From assembly GCA_043804515.1 (NCBI GenBank), contig JAZDIZ010000074.1, positions 1-58,534 of the forward strand: 58,534 bases of DNA, read 5' to 3'. Positions 38,090-47,694 of the stretch are shown in pieces (the stretch's first letter is position 1; every line of letters starts with the position of its first letter). The notes below the pieces were generated by a model. That model saw only the letters and a list, made by a program, of their open reading frames with translations. It had not been told where the DNA came from and searched no databases. A program made the translations under genes and the position numbers. The stretch comes from Pseudomonadota bacterium (GTDB taxonomy: Bacteria; Bdellovibrionota_G; JALEGL01; DATDPG01).

Positions 38090-39646
38090 TTACGGCTCGA
38101 TCCGGAGCGCTTCTTCGAACGCCTTGACGGCATCGGGGTAGCGCCCTTTCTTGAACAGCACCCACCCGAGGCTGTCCGTAATGTATCCGTCCTTCGGCTT
38201 GACCTCCATGGCCCGGCGGATCATTTTCTCGGCTTCGTCCAGCTTGATCCCTTTTTCCGCGTATGTGTAGCCGAGGTAGTTGAGGGCGTTCGCGTTGTCC
38301 GGGTTGAATTCCATCACCTTCCTCATGGACTCCTCGGTTTTGGCGAAGTTCCCGAGCTTGTCGTAGACCTCTCCGAGGCTGAACCAAAGCATCTCGTCCT
38401 TCGGTGATTTCTGGAGCGCCTCTTCCAGGAGTTTTTTCGCCTCTTCCGCGCGCCTGTCCTTGGTCAGGATGGTCGCCAGGGCTGCGTACACCTGAGAGGT
38501 TTCCTGGCCTCTCTTCAAAAGCCGCCTCAGTGTCTTCTCGGCGCCCTTGCGATCGCCCTGGTCCTCTTTGATGAACGCGATGCCGAGTTGGGCCTCGGTG
38601 TAGTTCTCCGAATCGGCGCCCACCGCCTCGAATTCGTGCAGCGCTCCGCGCCGGTCCCCTTGCTTCTCCAGCGCCACCCCAAGATAATACCGGGTGCGGT
38701 CTTTCTGGGGAGCCTCGCGGAGCAGCTTCCGCAGGCTTTCTTCCGCGTCCTTGAACTTCTGGTCCTGAATGTAGAGAAGCGCGAGCCTTAAGCGCGCCGT
38801 GTAGTTCTCCGGCTGCTCGTGCGCAATGACCTCCAGTTCCCTCCGTGCCTTGTCCAGCTCGCGGTTTTCCAGGTAAATCTGCGCCAGCTGGTTCCTCACT
38901 TCCACATTGTCGGGCTGGATGTCCAGAATCCGCTCCAGGACCTTGAGCGCCTCGGCCTTCTTCCTTTGGGAGCCATAGATGAACGCTTTCGACTTGAGCG
39001 CCGCGACAAAAGTCGGATTGATCGCCAATGCCTTCTCGAAGGCTTTGAGCGCGTCATCAAGGCGTTCCATCTCCCCTAAGACGCGCCCCAAGTAGTAGGT
39101 ACCGAAAAGGCTCGAGGGGTTTTTCGCCACATACGTTTCGAGGACGTTCAGCGCGGCTTGAGGCTGCTTCGACTCCACGTACACCGAGGCCAGGGCCACG
39201 ACTGCATCCTCTTCCCTGTCGGGGCTCGCCTCGATCGACTTTCGAAAGGCTTTTTCGCTTTCGGGCCAATCCTGTTTCGCGGCGTAAATTTTCCCGAGAA
39301 GGAAATAGGCCTCACCGGGGTCCGCTTTCAGCTCGACGGCTTTCTTTCCTCCCTGCTCCGCCTTGGCGAGATCGCCCTTACGAAGGTATTCCTCGGCCAG
39401 ACGAAGCTGGAGCAGGGGCGAGTTGGGATTCTGACGGAGCGCGTCCCCGTAAGCGGCGATCGCTTCATCCACCTTCCCCTCCTGGGAAAGGCGGCTGGCT
39501 TTCAGGACCGCGTTGTACTCGGCCGAATTCGGAGCCTCGATCGGCCAGTCCGCGTCATGGCCCGGGCCGCGGAACGTTTGCCGCTTGGGGGCGCACGAAG
39601 CCAGCGCCGCGCAGATGAGAAGGATCGAAAGATTCGGGGTCTTCAC
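38090..39646 (-). CDS. TPR-repeat lipoprotein
   Basis: GTG start. Lipobox ALASC. About 12 TPR units throughout (A..Y..AL...P.......LA.. pattern). Confidence 0.85.
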   Translation of the reverse strand: MKTPNLSILLICAALASCAPKRQTFRGPGHDADWPIEAPNSAEYNAVLKASRLSQEGKVDEAIAAYGDALRQNPNSPLLQLRLAEEYLRKGDLAKAEQGGKKAVELKADPGEAYFLLGKIYAAKQDWPESEKAFRKSIEASPDREEDAVVALASVYVESKQPQAALNVLETYVAKNPSSLFGTYYLGRVLGEMERLDDALKAFEKALAINPTFVAALKSKAFIYGSQRKKAEALKVLERILDIQPDNVEVRNQLAQIYLENRELDKARRELEVIAHEQPENYTARLRLALLYIQDQKFKDAEESLRKLLREAPQKDRTRYYLGVALEKQGDRRGALHEFEAVGADSENYTEAQLGIAFIKEDQGDRKGAEKTLRRLLKRGQETSQVYAALATILTKDRRAEEAKKLLEEALQKSPKDEMLWFSLGEVYDKLGNFAKTEESMRKVMEFNPDNANALNYLGYTYAEKGIKLDEAEKMIRRAMEVKPKDGYITDSLGWVLFKKGRYPDAVKAFEEALRIEP

Positions 39647-39900
39647 GAGTTCAGGTGTGCCACGAACTCTTTGAAATCACAACATCCTCCTTTTGCCCCA
39701 TGATTGAGGACTACCGCCGCTCCCGGGCACCGCAGGCGTTTGTGATCCATCGCTCCGCATCGATCCTCCCTCTGCGCCTTCAGCGTTTTGCCTTGTCTCC
39801 GTCGCGAATTTCAGCCCCCCACGCGTAGCTGGGGGAATCGGCGTCCCGGATGCCGGGGTCCGTGATCCGAAGTCCGGCAGCCGCAACTGCGGGATACCGC

Positions 39901-40002
39901 GAAAAGGCGCTCCGACCAAGTGGTTCCGGCCGGCGGGTTGGGGGTCCCCACGGCGAAGACCTGCAGCCGTGGGGGTGCACAAGCCGCCGGACTGCACACA
40001 TG
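39901..40002. repeat. intergenic structured element, copy B
   Basis: Blocks GAAAAGGCGCTC (39901-39912), TGGGGGTCCCC (39939-39949), GGGGGTGCACA (39971-39981) and GCACACATG (39994-40002). Perfect 8-bp stem CCCCACGG (39946-39953) / CCGTGGGG (39967-39974). Confidence 0.65.
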
Positions 40003-40087
40003 TCCTATGGGGTGCCGACGCCACGACGCCGCCATCACGGTCAACAACCGCTATAGAGGAGATATGATTAGCTTGCGCGGTCCGCCT

Positions 40088-40822
40088 TTATTCCGATGAT
40101 CCGCCGATAAGAGTGTAGACGGCGGCGATGGCGCTTACGGCCGCCGTGTCCGTCCGCAGAATGTAGGGAGCCAGCGACGCGGACTGAAACCCGGCCTCGC
40201 GGAACAGGGCGCGCTCGGCGTCGGACCAGCCGCCTTCCGGACCGATCGCGATGCGAACGGAATCAGGGCTGCCGCCGGCCAGAACATCACGGAGCATCCG
40301 CGTTTTTTCATTCTCATCAAACAGGACCGAAACCGCGGAGCCTTCCGGCAGAACGGACGCATCCAGCGGCACGGGTCCCTCGATCCGAGGCAGAAACGGA
40401 TTCCCGCTCTGGCGGAGCGCCTCCGCCGCCACCTTGCGCCATCGACCGAGGGCGCTTTCACGCTTCTGTGGAACGGCATGCTCGGTCGCAAGGAAGACGA
40501 TCCTCGCGATTCCCCACTCCACGGCCTGTTGGACGATCCGGGCCGGTTTGTCCCCCTTCGGAATCCCTTGAAGGAGCGTGATCTCCGGTACCGGACACCG
40601 ATGCCGACGGCGGAGGACGATTCGCACCGATCCTTTCTTTCGTTCCAGCTTTTCGAGGACCGACTCCGCCACCAGCCCCGAGCCGTCGACCAAATCGATC
40701 CGGGACCCGTGTTTCAAACGCAGGACGACCCGCGCGATCTTCACATTTTCCTCGGTCAACTCGAGGGATTCCACGGAAGGCTCCGGGATCGCCTGAAACA
40801 GCCGCGCTTCCATCTTAAACAT
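40088..40822 (-). CDS. rsmE: 16S rRNA (uracil1498-N3)-methyltransferase RsmE
   Basis: PUA-like N-domain. SPOUT C-domain with IAIGPEGGWSDAE. ATG at 40822 avoids overlap with the upstream gene; the track start is 40870. Confidence 0.85.
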   Translation of the reverse strand: MFKMEARLFQAIPEPSVESLELTEENVKIARVVLRLKHGSRIDLVDGSGLVAESVLEKLERKKGSVRIVLRRRHRCPVPEITLLQGIPKGDKPARIVQQAVEWGIARIVFLATEHAVPQKRESALGRWRKVAAEALRQSGNPFLPRIEGPVPLDASVLPEGSAVSVLFDENEKTRMLRDVLAGGSPDSVRIAIGPEGGWSDAERALFREAGFQSASLAPYILRTDTAAVSAIAAVYTLIGGSSE

Positions 40823-40838
40823 CGGGATCTCGTCCGGA

Positions 40839-41741
40839 CTACGCCGTGCGGTTGCCGGCGGAGCAGACACGGTTCCGCCCGGTTTTTTTGGCCTCGTAGA
40901 GAAATCCGTCCGCCTGCTTGACCAGATCGTCGGCCATCAAGGCGTGGTCGGGATCGAGCGCGGCGACACCGATCGATATCGTGATCTTGAGGAGCGTCCC
41001 CTCGAACTCCACGTCGAGCGCTTCCACGACTTTCCGGATCCGCTCGGCGAAGAGAACCGCGTTATCCGCCACGGTCCCGCGCAACAGGACGACGAATTCC
41101 TCTCCACCGTACCGGGCCAGAACGTCGTATCCGCGGATCTCGCGCGAGAGCCGTTCGGCCAAGGCTTTGAGAACCGTGTCGCCCGCGGCGTGTCCGTACG
41201 TATCGTTGATTTTTTTGAAGTGATCGATGTCGAACATGAGGCAGCTCAACGGCTGCCGCAGGCGCAGGGCGAAGCTCATCTCCCGTTGAAACGCTTCCAT
41301 GAAGTACCGGCGGTTGAAGACCTTCGTGAGGCCGTCCCGCATCGCCATGCCGCGCAGTTTCTCCTGGTAATCCACGTCCTGCTGGTCCTGGTACGAGAAG
41401 CGCAGGACCACTTCCCCCAAACGGATCTTGTCGCCGTCTTTCAACGTCACGGCTTGTTTGATCGGTTCGTCGTTCACGAATGTGCCGTTCGTGCTCTTGA
41501 GATCGCTGATTTTGTACGTGCCTTCGCCCACATCGATCCGGGCGTGCTGGCGGGAGACGCCGTCCTCGTGGAGGTAGATGTCGTTCTGATCGCTGCGCCC
41601 GACGGACATGGACCGCTTGGAAAGGTGGAACGTCATGCCCAGGTTGTTTCCTTCCACGACGACCACGCATGGGGCACGCTCGCGGAGTTTCTCTCCTTGC
41701 GCGGATTTTTTCGGTCGCACCACCGTACGGTCGTCGGGCAT
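40839..41741 (-). CDS. FHA domain-containing diguanylate cyclase (FHA-GGDEF)
   Basis: FHA pattern SVGRSDQNDIYLHEDGVSRQHARI...STNGTFVND. GGDEF domain with intact RYGGEEFVVLL. Confidence 0.9.
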   Translation of the reverse strand: MPDDRTVVRPKKSAQGEKLRERAPCVVVVEGNNLGMTFHLSKRSMSVGRSDQNDIYLHEDGVSRQHARIDVGEGTYKISDLKSTNGTFVNDEPIKQAVTLKDGDKIRLGEVVLRFSYQDQQDVDYQEKLRGMAMRDGLTKVFNRRYFMEAFQREMSFALRLRQPLSCLMFDIDHFKKINDTYGHAAGDTVLKALAERLSREIRGYDVLARYGGEEFVVLLRGTVADNAVLFAERIRKVVEALDVEFEGTLLKITISIGVAALDPDHALMADDLVKQADGFLYEAKKTGRNRVCSAGNRTA

Positions 41742-41843
41742 CTGAACTCAGTGTAGCCGGGATTGCGGAACCGGCAACTCTTGTCGGATTCGGCGGCGGG
41801 GAAACCTTGTAATTTGAACCAGTTGAGTTTTGACTAGGAACTT

Positions 41844-42797
41844 ATGGCGTCTGCCGAGGGTGGTCCAGGTAACGAGACGGTCGCGCTTGTGGCCAATCCC
41901 CACTCGCGGAAGGCCCGCCGGGACCCGAAGTATCTCGAAAAGTTGGAACGCGCGTTCGGCGAGCGGGGGCTGTTTGTTTCGAGCCCGGCCGCCGGGGCGC
42001 TTTCGCAGGTGATGGCCGACGTATTCCGCGCGCGCCCCTCCGTGCTCTTCATTTCCGGAGGAGACGGCACGTTAAGGCAGTGTCTTACCCACCTGATCGC
42101 AGCGTACGGGGACGAGCCTCTCCCGAAAATCGCGATCCTCCGGGGGGGCACGATGAACACCGTGGCCACAAGCCTCGGAATCCGCGGCGACGCGATCACC
42201 CAACTCAAGGCGATTCTGGACCGGCGGGACCGGCGTGTTCCGGCCACGATCGTGCGCCGGCGGATGCTGTCGGTGAACCGGCACAACGGTTTCATTTTCG
42301 GCTTGGGGGGCTTTGCCCGTTTCATCGAGCATTACGACGCTCAGAACCCCACCCCCTTCGTCGCCTTCAAACTCCTCACCCGAACCGTGCTTTCCACGAT
42401 CGCTAAAGGCCCACTGGCTTCGTTCTTCTTTCAACCGTTCACGGCTCACGTCTGGCGTGACGGAAAGCCGTGGCTTCCCGAGACGACCGTCACGAACATC
42501 AGTGCTTCGTCGATCCGGCACATCGGGTTTCATTTCAAGCCGTTCTACGGCGCCGAAGAGGACGGTTCGTTCGGCGTCCTGGTGTTCAGGGAACTCCCGC
42601 GCAGATTGATTCTCCATCTCCCCCGCCTCTTCCTCGGCCACGCCGTGGCCGATCCGTCCTTCCTCCAGGTGCCCGCAAAGAGCCTTCTCATCAAGGTAGG
42701 CACCCCGATGCGGCCGATGTTGGACGGGGATATTCTCAAGGCGGACACGTCCTTCGAAATCTCGAACGGCCCCGAACTGGAACTGGTGGTGGCATGA
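41844..42797 (+). CDS. diacylglycerol kinase-family lipid kinase (YegS/LCB5-like)
   Basis: ISGGDGTL and RGGTMNTVA motifs. Confidence 0.85.
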   Translation: MASAEGGPGNETVALVANPHSRKARRDPKYLEKLERAFGERGLFVSSPAAGALSQVMADVFRARPSVLFISGGDGTLRQCLTHLIAAYGDEPLPKIAILRGGTMNTVATSLGIRGDAITQLKAILDRRDRRVPATIVRRRMLSVNRHNGFIFGLGGFARFIEHYDAQNPTPFVAFKLLTRTVLSTIAKGPLASFFFQPFTAHVWRDGKPWLPETTVTNISASSIRHIGFHFKPFYGAEEDGSFGVLVFRELPRRLILHLPRLFLGHAVADPSFLQVPAKSLLIKVGTPMRPMLDGDILKADTSFEISNGPELELVVA

Positions 42798-43942
42798 AGA
42801 AGAAATTCATTGCGGTGGGGCTGATGTCCGGGACTTCCCTCGACGGCCTGGACGCGGTGCTCGCACGGCTCGCACCCTCTCCTTCCGGTTTCGACGTGCG
42901 CGTTCTCGGCCACGTGCACCGTGCGTTTCCACACGGCTGGGCCGAGGAGATCCGGCGGATTTCCGAAAGAGACCGTCTCCGCGATGCGGCCCGCTTCGGA
43001 GCCGCCTGGTCGGAATTCGCGGCACGTACGGTCCGCGCCCTTCTTTCGCGATGCCGGTATTCCGTTCGGCGCGTCGACGTGATCGGAGCCCACGGCCAGA
43101 CGGTCGTTCACGAACCGGCGCCGAAGCGCTTTCTCGGAAAGCCCTCGGCGATCTCGATTCAGTTGGCCGATCTTTCGAGACTCGCGCAGAGGATGGGAAT
43201 CCCCGTCGTCGGAAATTTCCGAACGGCCGACCTGGCCGCCGGAGGGCAGGGAGCGCCCCTGGCCCCCCACGCCCATCGGATGCTCTTCGGATCGAGGCGG
43301 AAGATCGTGGCGGTCCAGAACCTGGGGGGCATCGGAAACGTCACGCTCCTGAAGAACGGGAAAGTGACGGCTGCGTTCGACACCGGCCCCGCAAACGTCT
43401 GGATCGACACCGTGGCCCGGTGGCGCACGAAGGGGAAGCTCACGTTCGACAAGAACGGGGCCACGGCGGCGCGTGGGAATCCGGATTTCCCGATGGTGGG
43501 TGCCCTTCTAAGACATCCCTTCTTACGCGTCCGCCCTCCCAAGTCCGCCGGATGGGAGCAGTTCGGCCCGGCCTCTCTGGCGAAATTCAGGGCAAGGCTT
43601 CTCAAAATGCCGCTCGCCGACGCGTTGGCGACGGTCACCGTCGCCTCCGCGCTGGCCACAGCGATTGCCTACCGGCGGTTCGTCCTCCCGAAGGGGAACC
43701 CGAGCGAGATCCTTTTGTGCGGAGGAGGAGCACGGAACGCCACGTGGAGAAGGCTCTTCGCCCACGCGCTCCCGGAGATTCCCGTCACGACGACCGAGGC
43801 CCGGGGTCTCCCGGTGGACCAGGTGGAGGCCGTTGCATGCGCCATCCTAGCCGTCCAGACGCTTAGAGGCTTTCCATCCAACGAGCCAACCGCCACAGGC
43901 GCCGAGCGCCCCGTGATTCTGGGTCAGCTCGCGTTTTTGTAG
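42794..43942 (+). CDS. anmK: anhydro-N-acetylmuramic acid kinase
   Basis: MKKKFIAVGLMSGTSLDGLDAV N-terminus. The ATG overlaps the upstream stop (ATGA). The track ORF start at 42470 is an out-of-frame run through the kinase gene. Confidence 0.9.
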   Translation: MKKKFIAVGLMSGTSLDGLDAVLARLAPSPSGFDVRVLGHVHRAFPHGWAEEIRRISERDRLRDAARFGAAWSEFAARTVRALLSRCRYSVRRVDVIGAHGQTVVHEPAPKRFLGKPSAISIQLADLSRLAQRMGIPVVGNFRTADLAAGGQGAPLAPHAHRMLFGSRRKIVAVQNLGGIGNVTLLKNGKVTAAFDTGPANVWIDTVARWRTKGKLTFDKNGATAARGNPDFPMVGALLRHPFLRVRPPKSAGWEQFGPASLAKFRARLLKMPLADALATVTVASALATAIAYRRFVLPKGNPSEILLCGGGARNATWRRLFAHALPEIPVTTTEARGLPVDQVEAVACAILAVQTLRGFPSNEPTATGAERPVILGQLAFL

Positions 43943-44047
43943 CCAGTCGCTACAGATTCTCGGACGTGCGGGACGGGGACGGAGGTCGGGGATCGGCCAT
44001 GCGTGAGGCCGTAGTTCCCCGTATCAGGAAACTACCGATTGCCAGCC

Positions 44048-44066
44048 TGCCTGTTTGCCGGCTGCC
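44048..44066. repeat. dispersed motif TGCCTGTTTGCCGGCTGCC (copy 2)
   Basis: Exact reverse complement of 11293-11311. Lies in the convergent gap between anmK and the FG-GAP protein gene. Confidence 0.8.
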
Positions 44067-44074
44067 CGAGGCCT

Positions 44075-46903
44075 TCAATACAGATACACCGCCCCCGCAC
44101 CGAGGACTGAATTGTCCGCCTGATTCCCGCCGACCCCCGTGGCATTGCTGGTCTCACTGCGGCCGCTTACGGACAGCGTATCGCCGTCGTCGCTCAATGC
44201 GACCAACCAACCGAACTCATCGTACATCTCCGCGTTCGAGGCTTTGACATAGGCGTCCTGGCTCCACGCGCTCCCCGCGCGCGAGAAGAGATATGCCGCT
44301 CCCGCGCGTGCGGAAGAATTGTCCGCCTGATTGCCGTTGACCCCCGTGGCATTGCTGGCCTCGAAGTAGGCACCTACGGCAAGCGTGTTGCCGTCGTCGC
44401 TCAACGAGACGGAGTAACCGAAAGAATCACCGGCCCCCGTGTTCGAGGCTTTGACATACGCCTGCTGACTCCACACGCTCCCGGAACGCGCGAAGACAAA
44501 AACCGCTCCCGAAGCCGAGGCTGAATTATCCGCCTGATTGCCGTTGATCCCCGTCGCATTGCTGTCCTCGCCATGGGCCCCCACGGCGAGTGTGTTGCCG
44601 TCGCCGCTCAAGGCGACGACAAAACCGAACAGATCCCAGGTCGCCGTGTTCGAGGCTTTGACATACGCCTGCTGGCTCCACGCGCCCCCGGAACTTGCAA
44701 AGACATATACGGCCCCTGCATTGGCGACGGAATTATCCGCCTGATTTCCGTCGATCCCCGTGGCATTACTGGCCTCGAGATAGGTGCCGACGGCGAGTGT
44801 GGCGCCGTCGCCGGCCAACGCGACGGACCAACCGAACTTATCGCCGGCCTGTGTGTTCGAGGCTTTGATATACTCCTGCTGGCTCCACGTGCTCCCGGAG
44901 CGGGAAAAGAGATACACCGCCCCCGAGTCGGCGGCCGAGTTATCCGCCTGACTGCCGCCGATCCCCGTGGCGTTGCTGTCCTCGGTCGTGGCGCCCACGG
45001 CGAGCGTATTACCGTCGCCGCCCAACGCGATCGACCAACCGAATCTATCGCCGGCTTCGGTGTTCGAGGCTTTGACATAGGCCTGCTGGCTCCATGTGGT
45101 TCCGGAGCGCGAAAAGACATACACCGCCCCCGAATCGACGGCGGAATTATCCGCCTGATTTCCGTCGATGCCGGTGGCATTGCTGTCCTCAGTATCGGCC
45201 CCCACGGCGAGTGTGGCGCCGTCGTCGCTCAACGCGACAACGTAACCGAATAGATCGCCGGCTTCGGTATTCGAGGCTTTGACATAGGCCTGCTGGCTCC
45301 ACGTGCCTCCGGAACGCGAAAAGACATACACCGCCCCCGAAAAGCCCGCGGATTCATCCGCCTGGTTACCGTTGATCCCGGTGGCATTGCTGTCCTCGCC
45401 GGTGGCGCCCACGGCGAGGGTGCTGCCGTCGCCGCTCAACGCGAGAGAGTAGCCGAACCCATCGAACATGGACCCTGTATTGGAGGCTTTGAAGTAACCG
45501 ACGGCCGAAAGCAACGCGCCCGCGGTGCCGACTTCGTTGGAAGGCGTGCACCCTCCGGCGTTGCAGGCCTCCACTCGGTAGAGGGCCCCGGCCCAGTTGT
45601 GCCGCCAGACCGCGAGCTCGCGCGTGTAAGTTGTACCCGTAAGATCACTGCCGAGTTGGGTGAATCCCGAGGCTCCATCCGGGTTCTCGAAAAACTTGTA
45701 ATGTGTAGCCGCAGCCACGGCATCCCAAGAAAACTCGAGCTGCTTGATCCCATAACCGACCGTCAACGTGGCCGCCGTCGGCGGCGCGATGTTGTTCCGA
45801 ACGACGACATCGTGCGCTTCTTGAATCATTTTTCCCGCCTTGTCGTACGCTCGCGCGCCCAATGTGTGCGTCCCGCTCGCCACCTGCGTCGTGTCCCAGC
45901 TCAATTCATAAGGCGCCGTCGCATCGATCCCCATCAAGTGGTCGGTCGCCCAACGATCCAGATAGAACTCCACGTGGTCCACCCCGGCGGGCATGCTCAC
46001 CGAAGCCTGAATCGTGACCGTCCCGGAAACGGCCTCGGAGGCCGAAGGAGAAGTGATAAGGATCCGATCCGCGACGACGACATCGTGCGCTTCTTGAATC
46101 ATTTTTCCCGCCTTGTCGTACGCTCGCGCGCCCAATGTGTGCGTCCCGCTCGCCACCTGGGTCGTGTCCCAGCTCAATTCATAAGGCGCCGTTGTATCGA
46201 CCCCCATCAAATGATCGGTCGCCCAACGATCCAGGTAGAACTCCACATAATCCACACCGGCGGGCATGCTCACCGAAACCTTGATCTTGATCGCACCGGC
46301 CAAAGATGCGCCGGCAGACGGAGAGGTGATCAATATGCTCGGCGTTGAAACTGTGCTGTTCAGAGTGACGATGTCATGCGCCTTCTGGATCAGGTTGCCC
46401 GACTTATCGTAAGCTCGGGCGCCCAGCGTGTGTGTTCCGTTGACGACTGCCGTCGTGTCCCAGCTCAATTCATAAGGTGCCGTTGCATCGATCCCCATCA
46501 AGTGGTCGGTCGCCCAACGATCCAGATAGAACTCCACGTGGTCCACCCCGGCGGGCATGCTCACCGAAGCCTGAATCGTGACCACCCCGGAGATCGTGGC
46601 CCCGGCCGAGGGAGAGGTAATTGAAATGAACGTCGGTACCGACTCGAGGATCGGAACCGGCGTGGAATCTTCCCCGATCGGCACGGCAATCGGTCTGGCC
46701 GCGGGCTGCACCTTGGCTCCAAGCCCCCCCAAGACATCGGAGGCACCGTCGTCCACCTGCACTGCGCGACCTTCCGTGACGGGCACAAAGGCCGTGCCGG
46801 GTGTCATCTTCTCCGAATCCGGCGTGATTTGAGTGCTATTGCAGGCTCCGAGCAAGCCGGTCATTGCAATTACGATTGCCAGTTTTTTCACAGAACACCT
46901 CAT
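44075..46903 (-). CDS. large lipoprotein: 3 Ig-like repeats, FN3-like domain, about 8 FG-GAP-type repeats
   Basis: ATG at 46903 with lipobox LLGAC. Three ~90-aa repeats (SPSAG..VSMPAGVD.VEFYLDRWATDHLMG.D.TAPYELSWDTT...GTHTLGARAYDK). About eight ~55-aa units (FG.S.ALSGDG.TLAVGA..E.SNATGI.GNQADNS...SGAVYVF.RSG..WSQQAYVKASN). Confidence 0.85.
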   Translation of the reverse strand: MRCSVKKLAIVIAMTGLLGACNSTQITPDSEKMTPGTAFVPVTEGRAVQVDDGASDVLGGLGAKVQPAARPIAVPIGEDSTPVPILESVPTFISITSPSAGATISGVVTIQASVSMPAGVDHVEFYLDRWATDHLMGIDATAPYELSWDTTAVVNGTHTLGARAYDKSGNLIQKAHDIVTLNSTVSTPSILITSPSAGASLAGAIKIKVSVSMPAGVDYVEFYLDRWATDHLMGVDTTAPYELSWDTTQVASGTHTLGARAYDKAGKMIQEAHDVVVADRILITSPSASEAVSGTVTIQASVSMPAGVDHVEFYLDRWATDHLMGIDATAPYELSWDTTQVASGTHTLGARAYDKAGKMIQEAHDVVVRNNIAPPTAATLTVGYGIKQLEFSWDAVAAATHYKFFENPDGASGFTQLGSDLTGTTYTRELAVWRHNWAGALYRVEACNAGGCTPSNEVGTAGALLSAVGYFKASNTGSMFDGFGYSLALSGDGSTLAVGATGEDSNATGINGNQADESAGFSGAVYVFSRSGGTWSQQAYVKASNTEAGDLFGYVVALSDDGATLAVGADTEDSNATGIDGNQADNSAVDSGAVYVFSRSGTTWSQQAYVKASNTEAGDRFGWSIALGGDGNTLAVGATTEDSNATGIGGSQADNSAADSGAVYLFSRSGSTWSQQEYIKASNTQAGDKFGWSVALAGDGATLAVGTYLEASNATGIDGNQADNSVANAGAVYVFASSGGAWSQQAYVKASNTATWDLFGFVVALSGDGNTLAVGAHGEDSNATGINGNQADNSASASGAVFVFARSGSVWSQQAYVKASNTGAGDSFGYSVSLSDDGNTLAVGAYFEASNATGVNGNQADNSSARAGAAYLFSRAGSAWSQDAYVKASNAEMYDEFGWLVALSDDGDTLSVSGRSETSNATGVGGNQADNSVLGAGAVYLY
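45797..46630. repeat. tandem intragenic DNA repeats (Ig-like units; periods 291 and 273 nt)
   Basis: 99-nt perfect identity between 45921-46019 and 46485-46583. 118/119 identity between 45801-45919 and 46074-46192. Confidence 0.85.
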
Positions 46904-47163
46904 GGCCGCCTTTTGAGCAAACAGCATGCCATGACGAAATGCCAATCGTCCCGGGGACGTATGCTCTCGAAGAATGCGCAAGAGGAACCTAGACGATGAA
47001 CAAAAGTTACGGGTTGAACTGCAACAGACCGTAACCGATAGACCGAATTCTGGTTCCCCAAGAGTGATTTTTAGGGGACGGGTCTTTGAGATGCCGGTTT
47101 GCCGGATGCCGCAAGAAAACCCGAGTAGCAGGCAATCATTATCCGTCCCTGAAGCTTGCGGAA

Positions 47164-47694
47164 CTATTGGATCGTGAAGCCGTTCGACACAAACGTGTGC
47201 GAAACACCGCTGATGACGTTTCCATTTTGATCGGTTGCCTCGTCGATTGTGACCTCAATCTTGTTGCCGAAGGCGAAGTAATCGGGATTGCATCCGCCGT
47301 TCGTCGGAAGATAGTAGTAGCGGATGTTCCCCCACCAGCCCATATCCAAGTAGAGTGTGCCTGTCTCATACACAACACCGCCGATCCAGGAAATCGCCCG
47401 ATAATGCGCCTCTGTTTTATCTATGGGTTCCGCGTTGAAAACCACTAACACATCAGTAACACACGGAGGATCGATATCCGGCAGATACCAGCCGACCACC
47501 TTGAACAGGGAGACGCTCCCTCCTCCGGGATTATCGCCTGTGCCCGTACGCCGAACTAGATCCTGTGTTCCGGAAGCAATGCCTTGATTGTCCGTCGACG
47601 TTTGCTGACTCAGCTGCTGAGTTCCGCAAGCCGAAAAAATTCCCGCTAACGCAATTACGCTCCAGAGCAGTCTTGTGGGGTATCTCATACTCAC
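47164..47694 (-). CDS. hypothetical lipoprotein
   Basis: MSMRYPTRLLWSVIALAGIFSAC lipoprotein signal. No family recognised. Lower-GC patch by eye. Confidence 0.6.
   Translation of the reverse strand: MSMRYPTRLLWSVIALAGIFSACGTQQLSQQTSTDNQGIASGTQDLVRRTGTGDNPGGGSVSLFKVVGWYLPDIDPPCVTDVLVVFNAEPIDKTEAHYRAISWIGGVVYETGTLYLDMGWWGNIRYYYLPTNGGCNPDYFAFGNKIEVTIDEATDQNGNVISGVSHTFVSNGFTIQ

Noticed and set aside
39799-39820. tmRNA-like 5' end on the minus strand (GGGGGGCTGAAATTCGCGACGG)
   Set aside because: No T-arm (GGTTCGA..CC) or ACCA 3' end lies within 500 nt on that strand, and no alanine-rich tag reading frame is visible. A permuted two-piece arrangement is not supported either.
42470-42793. Upstream 108 codons of track ORF 42470..43942
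   Set aside because: This is an alternative frame of the lipid kinase gene. AnmK similarity starts at MKKKFIAVGLMSGTSLDG (ATG at 42794).
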